Shown: piece by piece, positions 51,044 to 60,182 of the stretch
Numbering within the stretch: position 1 is the stretch's first letter
Layout of the letters: the number at the start of each line of letters is the position of its first letter
Source: an uncultured delta proteobacterium
Lineage (GTDB): Bacteria; Myxococcota_A; Polyangia; Polyangiales; Polyangiaceae
Assembly: GCA_963716725.1 (NCBI GenBank)
Contig: CAVQUB010000012.1
Location: 279,469 to 343,468, forward strand
Direction of reading: 5' to 3'
DNA length: 64,000 bases
Made by a program: the position numbers and the translations under genes
Notes under the pieces: model-generated
Told to the model about the DNA's origin: nothing
Databases searched by the model: none
Seen by the model: only the letters and a program-made list of their open reading frames with translations

Positions 51044-52435
51044 TCACTCGGGCTTGGGTTCGGGCTTGGGCTTGGGCTTCGGCGGCTCGAGTTGAAGGTC
51101 GATCTTCGGCAGGGGCGGGAGGCCACTCGGGAGCGGCGGCAACTTGCCTTCGAGGATCTTCGTGAGGTCCACGCCCCCGATTTCAATGGGACGGAGCCCG
51201 CAGCCGACTCCGATCTTCTTGGTTACTTTGGCGTTCTCGAGATCGTCCGAGCGAGCGGCGATGGCCACGGTGACGGCGACGTTGCCTTTGACCAGGCCCC
51301 GCGCGAGCTGTCCGGCGATGCCGCCGAGCACGCGGCCGAGATGGCTGTCCACCGCGGAGCCGGCCAGCGCCGAGCAAGGCAGGCTGCCACTCAGGTCGAG
51401 GCGCAGCGCTCCGTGGGTTTCTTCGCGGAAGACGCTGCCGCTGCCTCGGAGCTCGAAGGCGCCGGCGATCAGCTTCACTTCGGACAGATCTGCGCGCTCG
51501 CGCGCCTCGTCGACGCGGAGCTTGGCGACCAGCGTGGTCGTGTCGCCGAAGACCAAGCCATCGAGCTCGCGGGGGTGCGGGGGCACGTAGCCCTTCAGCT
51601 TCGCATCGAGGCTACCCGTCACCACTCCGCCCTCGAGCCCCTTGGGTAGCGTCAGGTCGATGGTGGCGCTGGCGGTGACGTTCTTCATCGGCAGCTTTGC
51701 GCCGAAAGGTCCCGCGAGGCGCGCGAGATCCACTGGCGATAGGGTGATGGTCGCTGTCGGTTCGGCGAGCGCATGCCTCACCTCGAGGCGAACCGGCGCG
51801 CGGCCGAGATCGTCCGCGCCCAGCCCGATGGCGACCTGGGCCTCGTCTCCGGTCCAGGCGGCGCCGATCTTTCCGAGATCGGGACAGACCGGCGCGCCGT
51901 CGTCCTTCTCGCTGCACACCCCGAGCACGCTCTTGTCAGCGCTGAAATGCGTGGTGGCGCCGTCGCGGCGCACTGCGCCTCCCGCGAGGGTGAGCCAGGG
52001 ATCGGCCTTCGGGGCCTTGCGCCAGACCAGCGTCACCTCGTCGGCCTCGGTGGGCATGCGGAAGGTCTGCGGGTAGCGCTTGGTCCACTCCGTCACGCCC
52101 AGAGCCAAGGTCGGCGCCGAGCCGATCGCCTCGACCTCGACGCCGCGCAGCTTCACGCCGACCGGATGCGTCCCCCGCAGCGAGACCCGGAGCTCCCGCA
52201 GCGTTCCGCGTACAGCGGGCAGCCCCTTCAAGTGAAAGCGCGATCCGAGCACGGTCACCCTGCCGAGACCCAGGGAGATCTCTCCGGGCTCGAGCACCAC
52301 GCCGTGCTCGTCGGCGCGCTGAACAGCCATGCGTCGCGCCATCGGCTCGGCGAAGAACAGCAAGAACACCGCGCCGGCGGCCAGGAGCAGGCCGACGACG
52401 GTGACGGCAGCGATCAGCAGGCGCTTCTTGTTCAC
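51044..52435 (-). CDS. Hypothetical N-anchored beta-rich protein (AsmA-like)
   Basis: GTG start with GGAG RBS; N-terminal TM; repeating beta pattern; PKPKP tail. Confidence 0.6.
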   Translation of the reverse strand: MNKKRLLIAAVTVVGLLLAAGAVFLLFFAEPMARRMAVQRADEHGVVLEPGEISLGLGRVTVLGSRFHLKGLPAVRGTLRELRVSLRGTHPVGVKLRGVEVEAIGSAPTLALGVTEWTKRYPQTFRMPTEADEVTLVWRKAPKADPWLTLAGGAVRRDGATTHFSADKSVLGVCSEKDDGAPVCPDLGKIGAAWTGDEAQVAIGLGADDLGRAPVRLEVRHALAEPTATITLSPVDLARLAGPFGAKLPMKNVTASATIDLTLPKGLEGGVVTGSLDAKLKGYVPPHPRELDGLVFGDTTTLVAKLRVDEARERADLSEVKLIAGAFELRGSGSVFREETHGALRLDLSGSLPCSALAGSAVDSHLGRVLGGIAGQLARGLVKGNVAVTVAIAARSDDLENAKVTKKIGVGCGLRPIEIGGVDLTKILEGKLPPLPSGLPPLPKIDLQLEPPKPKPKPEPKPE

Positions 52436-52522
52436 GGGCTCTCCAGTGGGCAGAGCAGCCTACGTCGATCGGCTGCGTTCCGCACGCCGCCCGTCCGCGA
52501 GCGCGAGGTGCCAGCCGCGCGA

Positions 52523-53890
52523 TCAGCGGACGCAGCGCATGCGCGGGCTGGTGTACGGGCTTGCGGTGGTCTCGTTTTGCGAGAATCCCGTAACGAAGTC
52601 CACGGCCAAGAAGCTCGTGGGCGCGCCGTACAGCGGCGTGTCGGACCAGTACCATTTTCCGGGAATCGAGAAGCTGGGGCTCGGAAGCGCCGGACTCCAG
52701 ATCGTGGGATCGATCAGCGTCGTCAGCTCGCGCAACGACGGCAGTCTCCAGTCGGTGAAGGTCCCGGTCGTCAGGGTTTCGCAGTAGGCCTTCGCTTGGC
52801 TCTGATCGTAGTCTGCGTTGGGCGGAGCCTTCTCCCACATCAAGCCTGTCTCGTTGTCCTTGACCACGTCGGCCACCGAAGTGTCGAAGCGAGACCCCGT
52901 CCCGGGAGCGCCCTTGCCGTACACGCAGCGGACGCGTGCGTTGAGGGTCTTGGCGGCCCACGAAACCTGCCCGATACCGCCCAGATAGACCACCCACTCC
53001 TGGTCGGTGCCGAAGGCGGTGGCGGTTCCCGACCAGTACCGCGACTGTTCTGCGGTTGAGCCCTGAGTGCCCGGGAAGACGGTCTTGTTGATGGCTGGGA
53101 CCTGCACCGTCCAGTCGGCGAGCGACAAGAGCTCGGCGCGGGTGGGCAGTCGCCAATCGGCGATGCCGTCGAGCAGCAGATTGTCGCAGAAAGTCTGCGC
53201 ATTCGCCCAAGTGCGCACCGTCGCGTCGACGTTGCGCTGCCACTGCAGGCAGGTCACATGATCCAGCACGCTGTCGGCGGTGGTAGTGAATTCACCGGTC
53301 GCGCGCGACGACGCCTTCGGCACCGGCCAACGCGGATAGTGCACGGTGCCGTCGCCGCCCTGCACGCCGTTGGGACACACACCGGCACCACCGGCACCAC
53401 CGGCACCACCGGCACCACCGGCACCACCGGCACCACCGGCACCACCGGCACCACCCGAGCCACCGGCACCACCGGCACCACCCGAGCCACCGGCACCACC
53501 GGCACCACCCGAGCCACCGGCACCACCGGCACCACCCGAGCCACCGGCACCACCGGCACCACCCGAGCCACCGGCACCACCGGCACCACCGGCACCACCG
53601 GCACCACCCGAGCCACCAGTTGAAGTGCCGCCCCCTCCGCCGGCCCCGCCGGCGCTTGCGTCGCTGCCTGCGGCGCCACCCGTCGCGCCGCCACTACCCG
53701 CCGAGCCTCCAAGGCCGGCGTCGCTGCCCGCGTTGCCGCCCGCACCCCCGCTGCCGCCGGTGCCGGTGCCTCCGTTGCCGCCCGTCGTGGAGCCGCCGCT
53801 GGAAGCGTCCGGTTGGCCCACAACCTGGGTTGTCGTCTCCGATGAGCAAGCTGCCAAGAGCCCCGCCACGCCGAGCCAAGTGCGCCACAT
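52523..53890 (-). CDS. Lipoprotein with Gly-rich stalk and two DUF1566 (Lcl C-terminal) domains
   Basis: Lipobox LAAC; two copies of D..T.L.W / A..[FY]C..L...G..DWRLP...EL / YWS / RCV. Confidence 0.88.
   Translation of the reverse strand: MWRTWLGVAGLLAACSSETTTQVVGQPDASSGGSTTGGNGGTGTGGSGGAGGNAGSDAGLGGSAGSGGATGGAAGSDASAGGAGGGGGTSTGGSGGAGGAGGAGGAGGSGGAGGAGGSGGAGGAGGSGGAGGAGGSGGAGGAGGSGGAGGAGGAGGAGGAGGAGGAGGAGVCPNGVQGGDGTVHYPRWPVPKASSRATGEFTTTADSVLDHVTCLQWQRNVDATVRTWANAQTFCDNLLLDGIADWRLPTRAELLSLADWTVQVPAINKTVFPGTQGSTAEQSRYWSGTATAFGTDQEWVVYLGGIGQVSWAAKTLNARVRCVYGKGAPGTGSRFDTSVADVVKDNETGLMWEKAPPNADYDQSQAKAYCETLTTGTFTDWRLPSLRELTTLIDPTIWSPALPSPSFSIPGKWYWSDTPLYGAPTSFLAVDFVTGFSQNETTASPYTSPRMRCVR
53381..53618. 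repeat. Near-perfect 9-bp tandem repeat (GCACCACCG) with a 27-bp higher-order unit, encoding (GGA/GGS)n
   Basis: Directly visible; GAGCCACCG variants recur every 27 bp in the central part. Confidence 0.95.
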
Positions 53891-54022
53891 CCGACGGAGG
53901 ATACGCGCGGTGGGGCCGCCATTCCAGCCCCCGTGTCCCGGCGCCCGCGGGCGCATTCCGGCGGCGCTTCGCCGTCTCGCCCTGCGGATTTCGTGGCATC
54001 GTGGCCGGGACCACGGTTCCTC

Positions 54023-54490
54023 ATGTCGACCTATCTCACTCCCGAGGGCGCGAAGAAGCTCCAAGACGAGCTCAGGCACTTGCTGCACACCGAGCGTTCG
54101 CGGGTGGTCCAAGAAGTCTCGGACGCCGCGGCGCAAGGCGATCGCTCGGAGAACGCCGAGTACATCTACGGCAAGAAGCGCCTGCGCGAGATCGATCGAC
54201 GGATCCGCTACCTGACCCGGAAGCTCGAGTCCGCCGTGGTCGTCAAGCTCGACGATGTCGCGCGAGAGTCCGTGCGCTTCGGCGCCACCGTCGAGGTCGA
54301 GGACGAAGACGGAAAGCGCAAGCGCTACCGCATTGTCGGACCGGACGAGGTCGATCCCTCCGCCGGCAGTATCAGCTTCAAGAGCCCCCTCGGCACCGCG
54401 CTGATGAAGCGCAAAATTGGGGACGTGGTGACGGTGCGCCGACCCGCTGGCGAGGTCGACCTGGAGATTTGCGCCATCAGCTACGAGTGA
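54023..54490 (+). CDS. greB: Transcription elongation factor GreB
   Basis: YLTPEG, AAAQGDRSENAEYIYGKKRLREIDRRIRYL, IVGPDE, ISFKSPLG. Confidence 0.95.
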   Translation: MSTYLTPEGAKKLQDELRHLLHTERSRVVQEVSDAAAQGDRSENAEYIYGKKRLREIDRRIRYLTRKLESAVVVKLDDVARESVRFGATVEVEDEDGKRKRYRIVGPDEVDPSAGSISFKSPLGTALMKRKIGDVVTVRRPAGEVDLEICAISYE

Positions 54491-54577
54491 TTGCTCCAAG
54501 GGGGGCTTCTGGCTAGGGTCCCCCCGCCGCGCACGCCGCCACCGGCACCGCGGAAACCAGATCCTCCAGGAGGCAAC

Positions 54578-55486
54578 ATGTCCGAGCTTCGTTTCGACAA
54601 TCGAGTCGCCATCGTCACGGGTGCAGGCGGAGGATTGGGGCGCGCGCACGCTCTCTTGCTCGCCAAGCGCGGAGCCAAGGTCGTGGTCAACGATCTCGGC
54701 GGTTCCATCGACGGATCGGCCAGCGGAGGCAGCTCGCCGGCCGACAAAGTAGTGGCGGAAATCAAAGCGGCCGGCGGCGAGGCCGTGGCGAGTTACGACG
54801 GCGTGGACACTTGGGAGGGTGCCCAGAAGATCGTTGCCAAAGCCAAAGAGGCTTTCGGCAAGCTCGACATCGTGATCAACAACGCTGGCATCCTTCGCGA
54901 CGTGTCGTTCTTGAAGATGACCGACGAGGACTGGGACAAGGTGCTCAAGGTCCACCTCACCGGAACCATGTACGTGAGCCGTGCCGCCTGGCCGCTGTTG
55001 CGCGAGAACAGCTATGGGCGGGTGGTCAACACCACCAGTGCCGCCGGCCTGTACGGAAACTTCGGCCAAGCCAACTACAGCTCTGCCAAGCTCGGGATCG
55101 TCGGGCTCAGCAAGACGCTGGCTCACGAGGGCGCCAAGTACAACATCAAGGTCAACGTCATCGCTCCCATCGCGAAGAGCCGCATGACCGAGACGGTGAT
55201 GCCGGCGAACGTGCTCGAGAAGCTCGCGCCCGAGCACGTCTCCGCGCTCGTTGCTTACTTGGTCTCGGACAAGTGCGAGGACAGCGCTCAGGTCTACGCC
55301 GTGGGCGGCGGGTACTTCTCCCGCGTTGCCGTGATGGAGGCCGAGGGAATCGGCCTGCCGGTCGAAAAAGTGAGCCCCGAGGCGGTCGCCGAGCAGTGGG
55401 CGAAGATCAACGACATGGCCGGCGCCAAGGCCTACGGCAACGCCATGGAGGCCGCGGGCGCTGCCATGAAGTTCGCAATGAGCTGA
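54578..55486 (+). CDS. SDR, 3-hydroxyacyl-CoA dehydrogenase (MFE-2/HSD17B4-like)
   Basis: AGGAGG RBS; TGAGGGLG, VVVNDLGG, NNAGILRD, GNFGQANYSSAK. Confidence 0.93.
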   Translation: MSELRFDNRVAIVTGAGGGLGRAHALLLAKRGAKVVVNDLGGSIDGSASGGSSPADKVVAEIKAAGGEAVASYDGVDTWEGAQKIVAKAKEAFGKLDIVINNAGILRDVSFLKMTDEDWDKVLKVHLTGTMYVSRAAWPLLRENSYGRVVNTTSAAGLYGNFGQANYSSAKLGIVGLSKTLAHEGAKYNIKVNVIAPIAKSRMTETVMPANVLEKLAPEHVSALVAYLVSDKCEDSAQVYAVGGGYFSRVAVMEAEGIGLPVEKVSPEAVAEQWAKINDMAGAKAYGNAMEAAGAAMKFAMS

Positions 55487-55507
55487 GCCAGCGCTCTGCA
55501 CGCGCGG

Positions 55508-55538
55508 AAGGGCGGCGGGCTTCGGCTCGGCGCCCTTC
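55508..55538. terminator. Hairpin between convergent genes
   Basis: GAAGGGCG-GCGGGC-TTCG-GCTCG-GCGCCCTTC followed by TTT. Confidence 0.55.
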
Positions 55539-55545
55539 TTTCGCG

Positions 55546-57303
55546 TCAGACTGGTCGGGTTCTCGTCGTCCGTCGCAGGAGCCCGAGCAGGCCCAGGAGC
55601 CCGAGCAGCATGGCGGGGCTCGACCGGCGCGCCGGAAGCGCACAACCGCACGAGGCGTTGGTCTCGTTGCCCAAGCCGCTGGCGCCGATGGCGGAAGGTG
55701 TGCTGCCCGGCGCTACCTTCTCGTTGTAGTCCGCGAGCCACTTGTCGATTGCCTTGTCGTTGTCGAGCAGCACCACGTGCTCGCCGCCGAGCGTGTACTC
55801 CTCGACCGTCGAGGCCCACGGCAGACCGGCCGGTAGATCGGCAGGCGCGGTCGTGCCCGCCACGCTGTGGCCGTCGTTCGGCGTGGTCATCTGCGTGCCA
55901 TCGCAGCGAGTCATGATCGTGGCGGAGAGCTGACTCGAGACGTCGGGCAGCGGTTCTGGCCACTCGCGGAACATCGGGTCTTCGGTCATCTCCTCTGGGG
56001 AGATGCGGGTGACCATCCGCGACAGATATACGTTGTCGCTCAGGATCTTGGTTGCGTGCAGAGCGGGCGCCGCGATCAACTCGTCGAAATCCGCGCCAAA
56101 GGCGTCCGGGTCCCAGGCGCTGAGATCGGCTTCCGGGTAGCAACTCAGGCACGAGTAGTACTGTTCGGGGGCGACGCCCGTCGGCGGCGGCAGGTACTGG
56201 TCGAGCAGCGGGAACACCAGCGGGTGCGGCGACTGGCACGAGGACGCGGAGAAGCAGCTGAGCAGGTTCCAGGCCTGCAGCCGGGCGATGACGGCCGCGG
56301 GCTCGAGCAGTTTCAGCGCCGCCCCGCTCCAGTTGGACTGGGAGATCCCGGAAGGATTCACCACCCCGCTCGGGCCAGCGTACTCCGTGATGAAGGCGCG
56401 CCCGTTCGCAGCTGGGCTGTCGACGGCCCGCGCGACGGCAAGGCTGTAGTTTTGACCGAGCTGGGTCCAGTCCAGTCGCGCGCCGTTCATCGTCACGTGT
56501 TTGTAGCCGCCGGTGGGAACGACGCGTTCGCCGCCCAGGAAGAAGGTTCGTATCGTCATGTCCTCGACCGCAGCGATGCGCGTCAGCTTCAGTGGGACAC
56601 AGGGCTCGGTGCCTTGATAGCGAACGACCAAGGGATGGATCTCGTCGACGCCGGCATCGGGCTGCAGCTTGAGCGCGACGAAGACGTAGCCGCGATCGAT
56701 GTAGTCCTTCAGGATCGGCTCGGCGTCGGCTTGGTCGGCGTCGTAGCCATTGGCCACCAGCCAATCGAGCATGCCCTTGGCGTCCTTGGGTTCGAGGGTC
56801 AGCGTCTCGAAATTGCCCACCGCCTGCCGGCTGATGACCTGCGGCCCGTTGGACTTGCCGCCGGTGCCGCCTGCGCCGGGACCGTAGGTGCCCCCGGCTG
56901 CCGAGTCGTCGCTCGACGCTCCGCAGCCGAAGCCGCTCGACGAGCTTCCTTCGTCGCCGCAGGTCTCGAAGGTCGAGGTCGTGGTGAAGGTGGGCACGGT
57001 GCCGTTGAGCAGGTTCGTGAACAGCACCTGCGACCCAACTGACAGCTCGGGTTTGGCCGGCAGCGGGATGACCCAAGCGAAGCGCGCGGGATCGCCCTGG
57101 TACTGGATCTGGATGTGCGCCTCGACCCAGCCGTTCTGCATCACGAACAGGACGTTCTCGCCGGTCTGGTCGACGGGCATCGGCGCCTGTCCCGGCGGCG
57201 CTTGGTCGCAGAACGTGCCACCACAAGCCTCTGCGGGTGCGGGCGCGCCGGTCGCCGCAGCCAACACCAAGAATCCCACACCCAGTCGAGTCAAGCCGCG
57301 CAT
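55546..57303 (-). CDS. DUF2330 domain surface protein with MYXO-CTERM sorting tail
   Basis: ACGGTFC, QTGENVLF, FAWVIP, WL.ANGY, FVALKL, PLKLT; tail SCGCAL...LLGLLGLLGLLRR. Confidence 0.85.
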   Translation of the reverse strand: MRGLTRLGVGFLVLAAATGAPAPAEACGGTFCDQAPPGQAPMPVDQTGENVLFVMQNGWVEAHIQIQYQGDPARFAWVIPLPAKPELSVGSQVLFTNLLNGTVPTFTTTSTFETCGDEGSSSSGFGCGASSDDSAAGGTYGPGAGGTGGKSNGPQVISRQAVGNFETLTLEPKDAKGMLDWLVANGYDADQADAEPILKDYIDRGYVFVALKLQPDAGVDEIHPLVVRYQGTEPCVPLKLTRIAAVEDMTIRTFFLGGERVVPTGGYKHVTMNGARLDWTQLGQNYSLAVARAVDSPAANGRAFITEYAGPSGVVNPSGISQSNWSGAALKLLEPAAVIARLQAWNLLSCFSASSCQSPHPLVFPLLDQYLPPPTGVAPEQYYSCLSCYPEADLSAWDPDAFGADFDELIAAPALHATKILSDNVYLSRMVTRISPEEMTEDPMFREWPEPLPDVSSQLSATIMTRCDGTQMTTPNDGHSVAGTTAPADLPAGLPWASTVEEYTLGGEHVVLLDNDKAIDKWLADYNEKVAPGSTPSAIGASGLGNETNASCGCALPARRSSPAMLLGLLGLLGLLRRTTRTRPV

Positions 57304-57363
57304 GCGTGCCTCCCGTGGCCATGAGCCAGGCACCCAAAAAGCCCGGCGCTCCGCCCAGCTTAC

Positions 57364-57379
57364 AGCAATGCGCGTGCCA
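57364..57379 (-). promoter_or_regulatory. Sigma-54 promoter of the DUF2330 gene
   Basis: TGGCACGCGCATTGCT, an exact TGGCAC-N5-TTGC consensus, ~60 bp upstream of ATG. Confidence 0.75.
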
Positions 57380-57484
57380 GCGCCGAGATCAGCGTTCGAC
57401 GCGAGTGAACTTAGTCAGACGTTCGACGCCACGCTGACATTCGAGTCGCATGGCGCTGACACGCCGCACGTGTGCGCGGCGCTC

Positions 57485-57898
57485 CTACACGAAGAAGTCG
57501 GGCAGGAGCTCGCCGCCAGGCTGGTTCGCGTATTGGTCGAGATTGGTCACGCCTGCCAGACGCAGCACCTCGTCGTCGATGGCGAACTTGCCGGTGAACT
57601 CCCGACTCGGGCGCGTGAGGATGTAGTGCGCGGCATCCGCCATGATCTCGGGCTTGCGGCAACGTTCCACCGCGGCTTCGCCGCCCAAGAGGTTCTGTAC
57701 CGCGGCGGTCGCGATGGCGGTGCGGGGCCACAGTGCGTTGACCGCGATGCCGTCGCTCGCGAACTCGTCGGCCATGCCCAGCACGCACATGCTCATGCCA
57801 AACTTGGCCATGGTGTAGGCCACGTGCGGCCCGAACCAGCGGGCTTCCATATTGAGAGGAGGTGAGAGGTTCAGAATGTGCGGATTCGACGCCTTCTT
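57485..57898 (-). pseudogene. C-terminal fragment of an HSDL2-like SDR, 5'-truncated at the junction
   Basis: KKASNPHILNLSPPL, AYTMAKFGMS, NALWPRTAIAT, PEIMADAA; the Rossmann N-terminus is missing. Confidence 0.85.
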
Positions 57899-58730
57899 AT
57901 TTGGCGGCCACCTGATTGCCGACAATGATATTCACGACACGGTGCGCGAGACCGGCGACCACGGCCCGTTCAACTCGTGGGGGCGAGACGCTTATTGGTG
58001 CCCACGGCAGTCGCACGGCCATTGGCAGGAGCGTCATCCCGCTGGGCCTGTGCGCGACGCAGCGCGGCTCACCACAACAGTTCGCCACAACCGCTTTCAC
58101 GACCGGTCGGGCTGGGGCATCGACCTGGATGATGGTTCCTCCAACTATGTCGTTGAAGACAATCTCTGCCTGGGCATCGGCATCAAACTGCGCGAGGGCG
58201 ACTATCGCACCGTGCAGAACAACATTCTCTACCATCCGGCCAATCCGCTCAATTCGCATGTGGCCTTGGACGCAAACCACGACATCGTTCGCCACAATAT
58301 CGTGGTCGTGAGCGCGGCTGCCGAGCGGCCCGAGGCCGACGTCAACTTTGCTTCCGATGATGCCGCCGGCACGGTCTTTCGTTCGTTGTTGGCGCCCCTG
58401 CATAGCCCGCTGGCCAGCGAACTGGACCACAATCTCTACTGGAGCGATCGAGGCCAGTGCCTCATCAGCCACGGTTATCGCGAACAAGAACCGCGCGACT
58501 GCTCAACCCTCGCGGAATGGCAAGCATTGGGCTACGATCAGCACTCGGTGTATGCCGATCCCCAGTTCACCGATCCGGCGGCCGGCGACCTGACGCTACA
58601 GCCTGGTTCGCCCGCCCTCGCGCTCGGGTTCCAGCCTTTTACTTTGACGGGCTTTGGCTGCGCGGCTGACGTCTTGGATCGCTGGGACGACAGCCAACAC
58701 TCACAGCACAAAACACCCCAGGGCTTCTGA
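57899..58730 (+). pseudogene. C-terminal fragment of a right-handed parallel beta-helix (pectin lyase-like) protein, 5'-truncated
   Basis: GGHLIADNDIHDTVRETGDHGPFNSWGRD, WGIDLDDGSSN, IKLREG, SVYADPQF..P..GD..L.PGSPA. Confidence 0.8.
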
Positions 58731-58744
58731 ATCCCTGGGGTGTT
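58712..58744. terminator. Perfect 12-bp stem hairpin (terminator or REP-like) between convergent genes
   Basis: AACACCCCAGGG-CTTCTGAAT-CCCTGGGGTGTT. Confidence 0.65.
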
Positions 58745-58760
58745 GCACGCAATCGACCGT

Positions 58761-60051
58761 CTAGCTCAGCCCGTAGAATGCCTCGCCGTTCCCCAACAAG
58801 ATGGCGTCCGCCACCTCGCGCGCGTCGGACTCGCTATAGGTCCCCGTGGCGATCTTGCCCTCCAGCACGTTAGCTACCCCCTGCTTGGCCTGCAAGGAAT
58901 AGCCGATATCGCACCAGGGAAGAATCGTATCGCTCCCAAAGCAAAAATCTTGTTGAACGGCACGCCGTCCAGCCACCCGCCCAAGCCGCGCGCTCGGCCC
59001 GGGATTCATGGCCCAGGCCCAGCACATATCGGGCCAGACGTTGGGATAGTTCTTGGCGAGAGCGCCCAACTCGGAGGTCCAGGGCCACGAGGCGTGGAAC
59101 AGGTCGAACCGCACGCGCCGATAGTTCTCCAGCATCGGGATCAGGTGTAGCGCCTGGGTGCCGTCCAGCGCGCCCCAGTTGCCCGCCAGATAGCCGGTGT
59201 GAATCTGCACCGGGAGGTTCTCATCGTCGGCGCGGCGCAGCAACTGGTGCAGGAGATAGTCGCCCAGCTTGCGCCCGGCGGCGGCATCCACCGCCCCATT
59301 GTTCTGCTGCACGCCGTCCCAGGAGGTTTTGCGGGTAACAATGCGATTGAAGGCCAGCTCGGCCTCGTGCTGCGTGGGATCGCTCACGACCAGGTCGCGC
59401 CGGTAGGCCATGCCGATCTTGAGCGCCGCCACCTTGACCTGCGCCTTGCAGCGATCGATGGCCGCGTTGAGCGCCCTCACCAAATCGCCGAGCGAGCTGA
59501 TCGACTCCCCGGTGAATTCGGCCAGCTCGGCCAGCGGCTGCGCGTCCACCAGGTCGAACAAGGGGTCCATGCGGACGGCAAAGCGGTAGGAGGGCAAATA
59601 GCCGTCGGACGCCCACAGCGAGCCAAAGCCCGGGCCTTGACCGCCCAGCCGCGCCCGTCCTGGATGGTCCACTTGTTCTGTGCGCGACGCCGCCACGGTC
59701 GTCAGAGATCTGACGGCCGGTCCTATCGGCCCACAAGCCTTGCAGCGCCTCAGTGATGGCGTCCCAGGTCTTGGGCGCATACTCCAAGCCCAACAGCTCC
59801 TGGCAGCCCAGCGTGACCGCCCGCCCATAGCCCGTCAGGCGAATCTTGGGCCACAACCCCTCCAGGCGCTGCCGGTCCATCGGTCCCTCGCACCGCACCC
59901 CGGCCGCGGTGTACAGATCGGCCTCGGCATAGCCCAGCAGGCTGCGATAATCGTATTCCAGCCGGTGGGCCTCCAGATGCTCGAAACTGCAATGATGGTC
60001 GTGGTGGCAGAACAACTCGTGTCCCATGACATAGTCGCGTATCGTCGACAT
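58761..60051 (-). CDS. Amidohydrolase family protein (several frameshifts)
   Basis: CHHDHH, LKIGMAYRRDL, QIHTG, DLFHASWPW, PDMCWAW, FGSD spread over three frames. Confidence 0.75.
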
Positions 60052-60071
60052 CCTGTCCCCTCTCTTGTCAT

Positions 60072-60085
60072 ATAGAATATTCTAT
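60072..60085. promoter_or_regulatory. Perfect 14-bp palindrome ATAGAATATTCTAT (operator candidate)
   Basis: AT-rich intergenic region ~20 bp upstream of the amidohydrolase ATG. Confidence 0.4.
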
Positions 60086-60108
60086 CACAGAATACATAAA
60101 AGTAGCAA

Positions 60109-60153
60109 AGAACACAGAGATGGAATGATTCCTCTCCGTGCCCTCTGTGTTCT
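60109..60153. repeat. Inverted repeat AGAACACAGAG / CTCTGTGTTCT
   Basis: Perfect 11-bp arms with an inner GGAAT/ATTCC hairpin, downstream of pfp. Confidence 0.55.
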
Positions 60154-60182
60154 GTGTGGTGGAGATATTCATGCGTTATGTC

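Noticed and set aside
52523..53340. Diversity-generating retroelement target (DUF1566/CLec-like fold)
   Set aside because: No reverse transcriptase and no template-repeat copy visible in the window
53381..53618. Repeat considered as a CRISPR array, or as a Pro-rich/collagen gene on the plus strand
   Set aside because: No unique spacers and no cas genes; the coding strand is minus, where it encodes a Gly linker
52523..57337. 1604-aa ORF in the track
   Set aside because: Only 52523-53890 is protein-like. The rest is antisense to greB and the SDR and off-frame within DUF2330: a stop-poor shadow of high-GC DNA.
57850..57950. Mobile element or genomic island boundary
   Set aside because: No integrase, transposase, att-like repeat or tRNA; both flanking genes are simply cut
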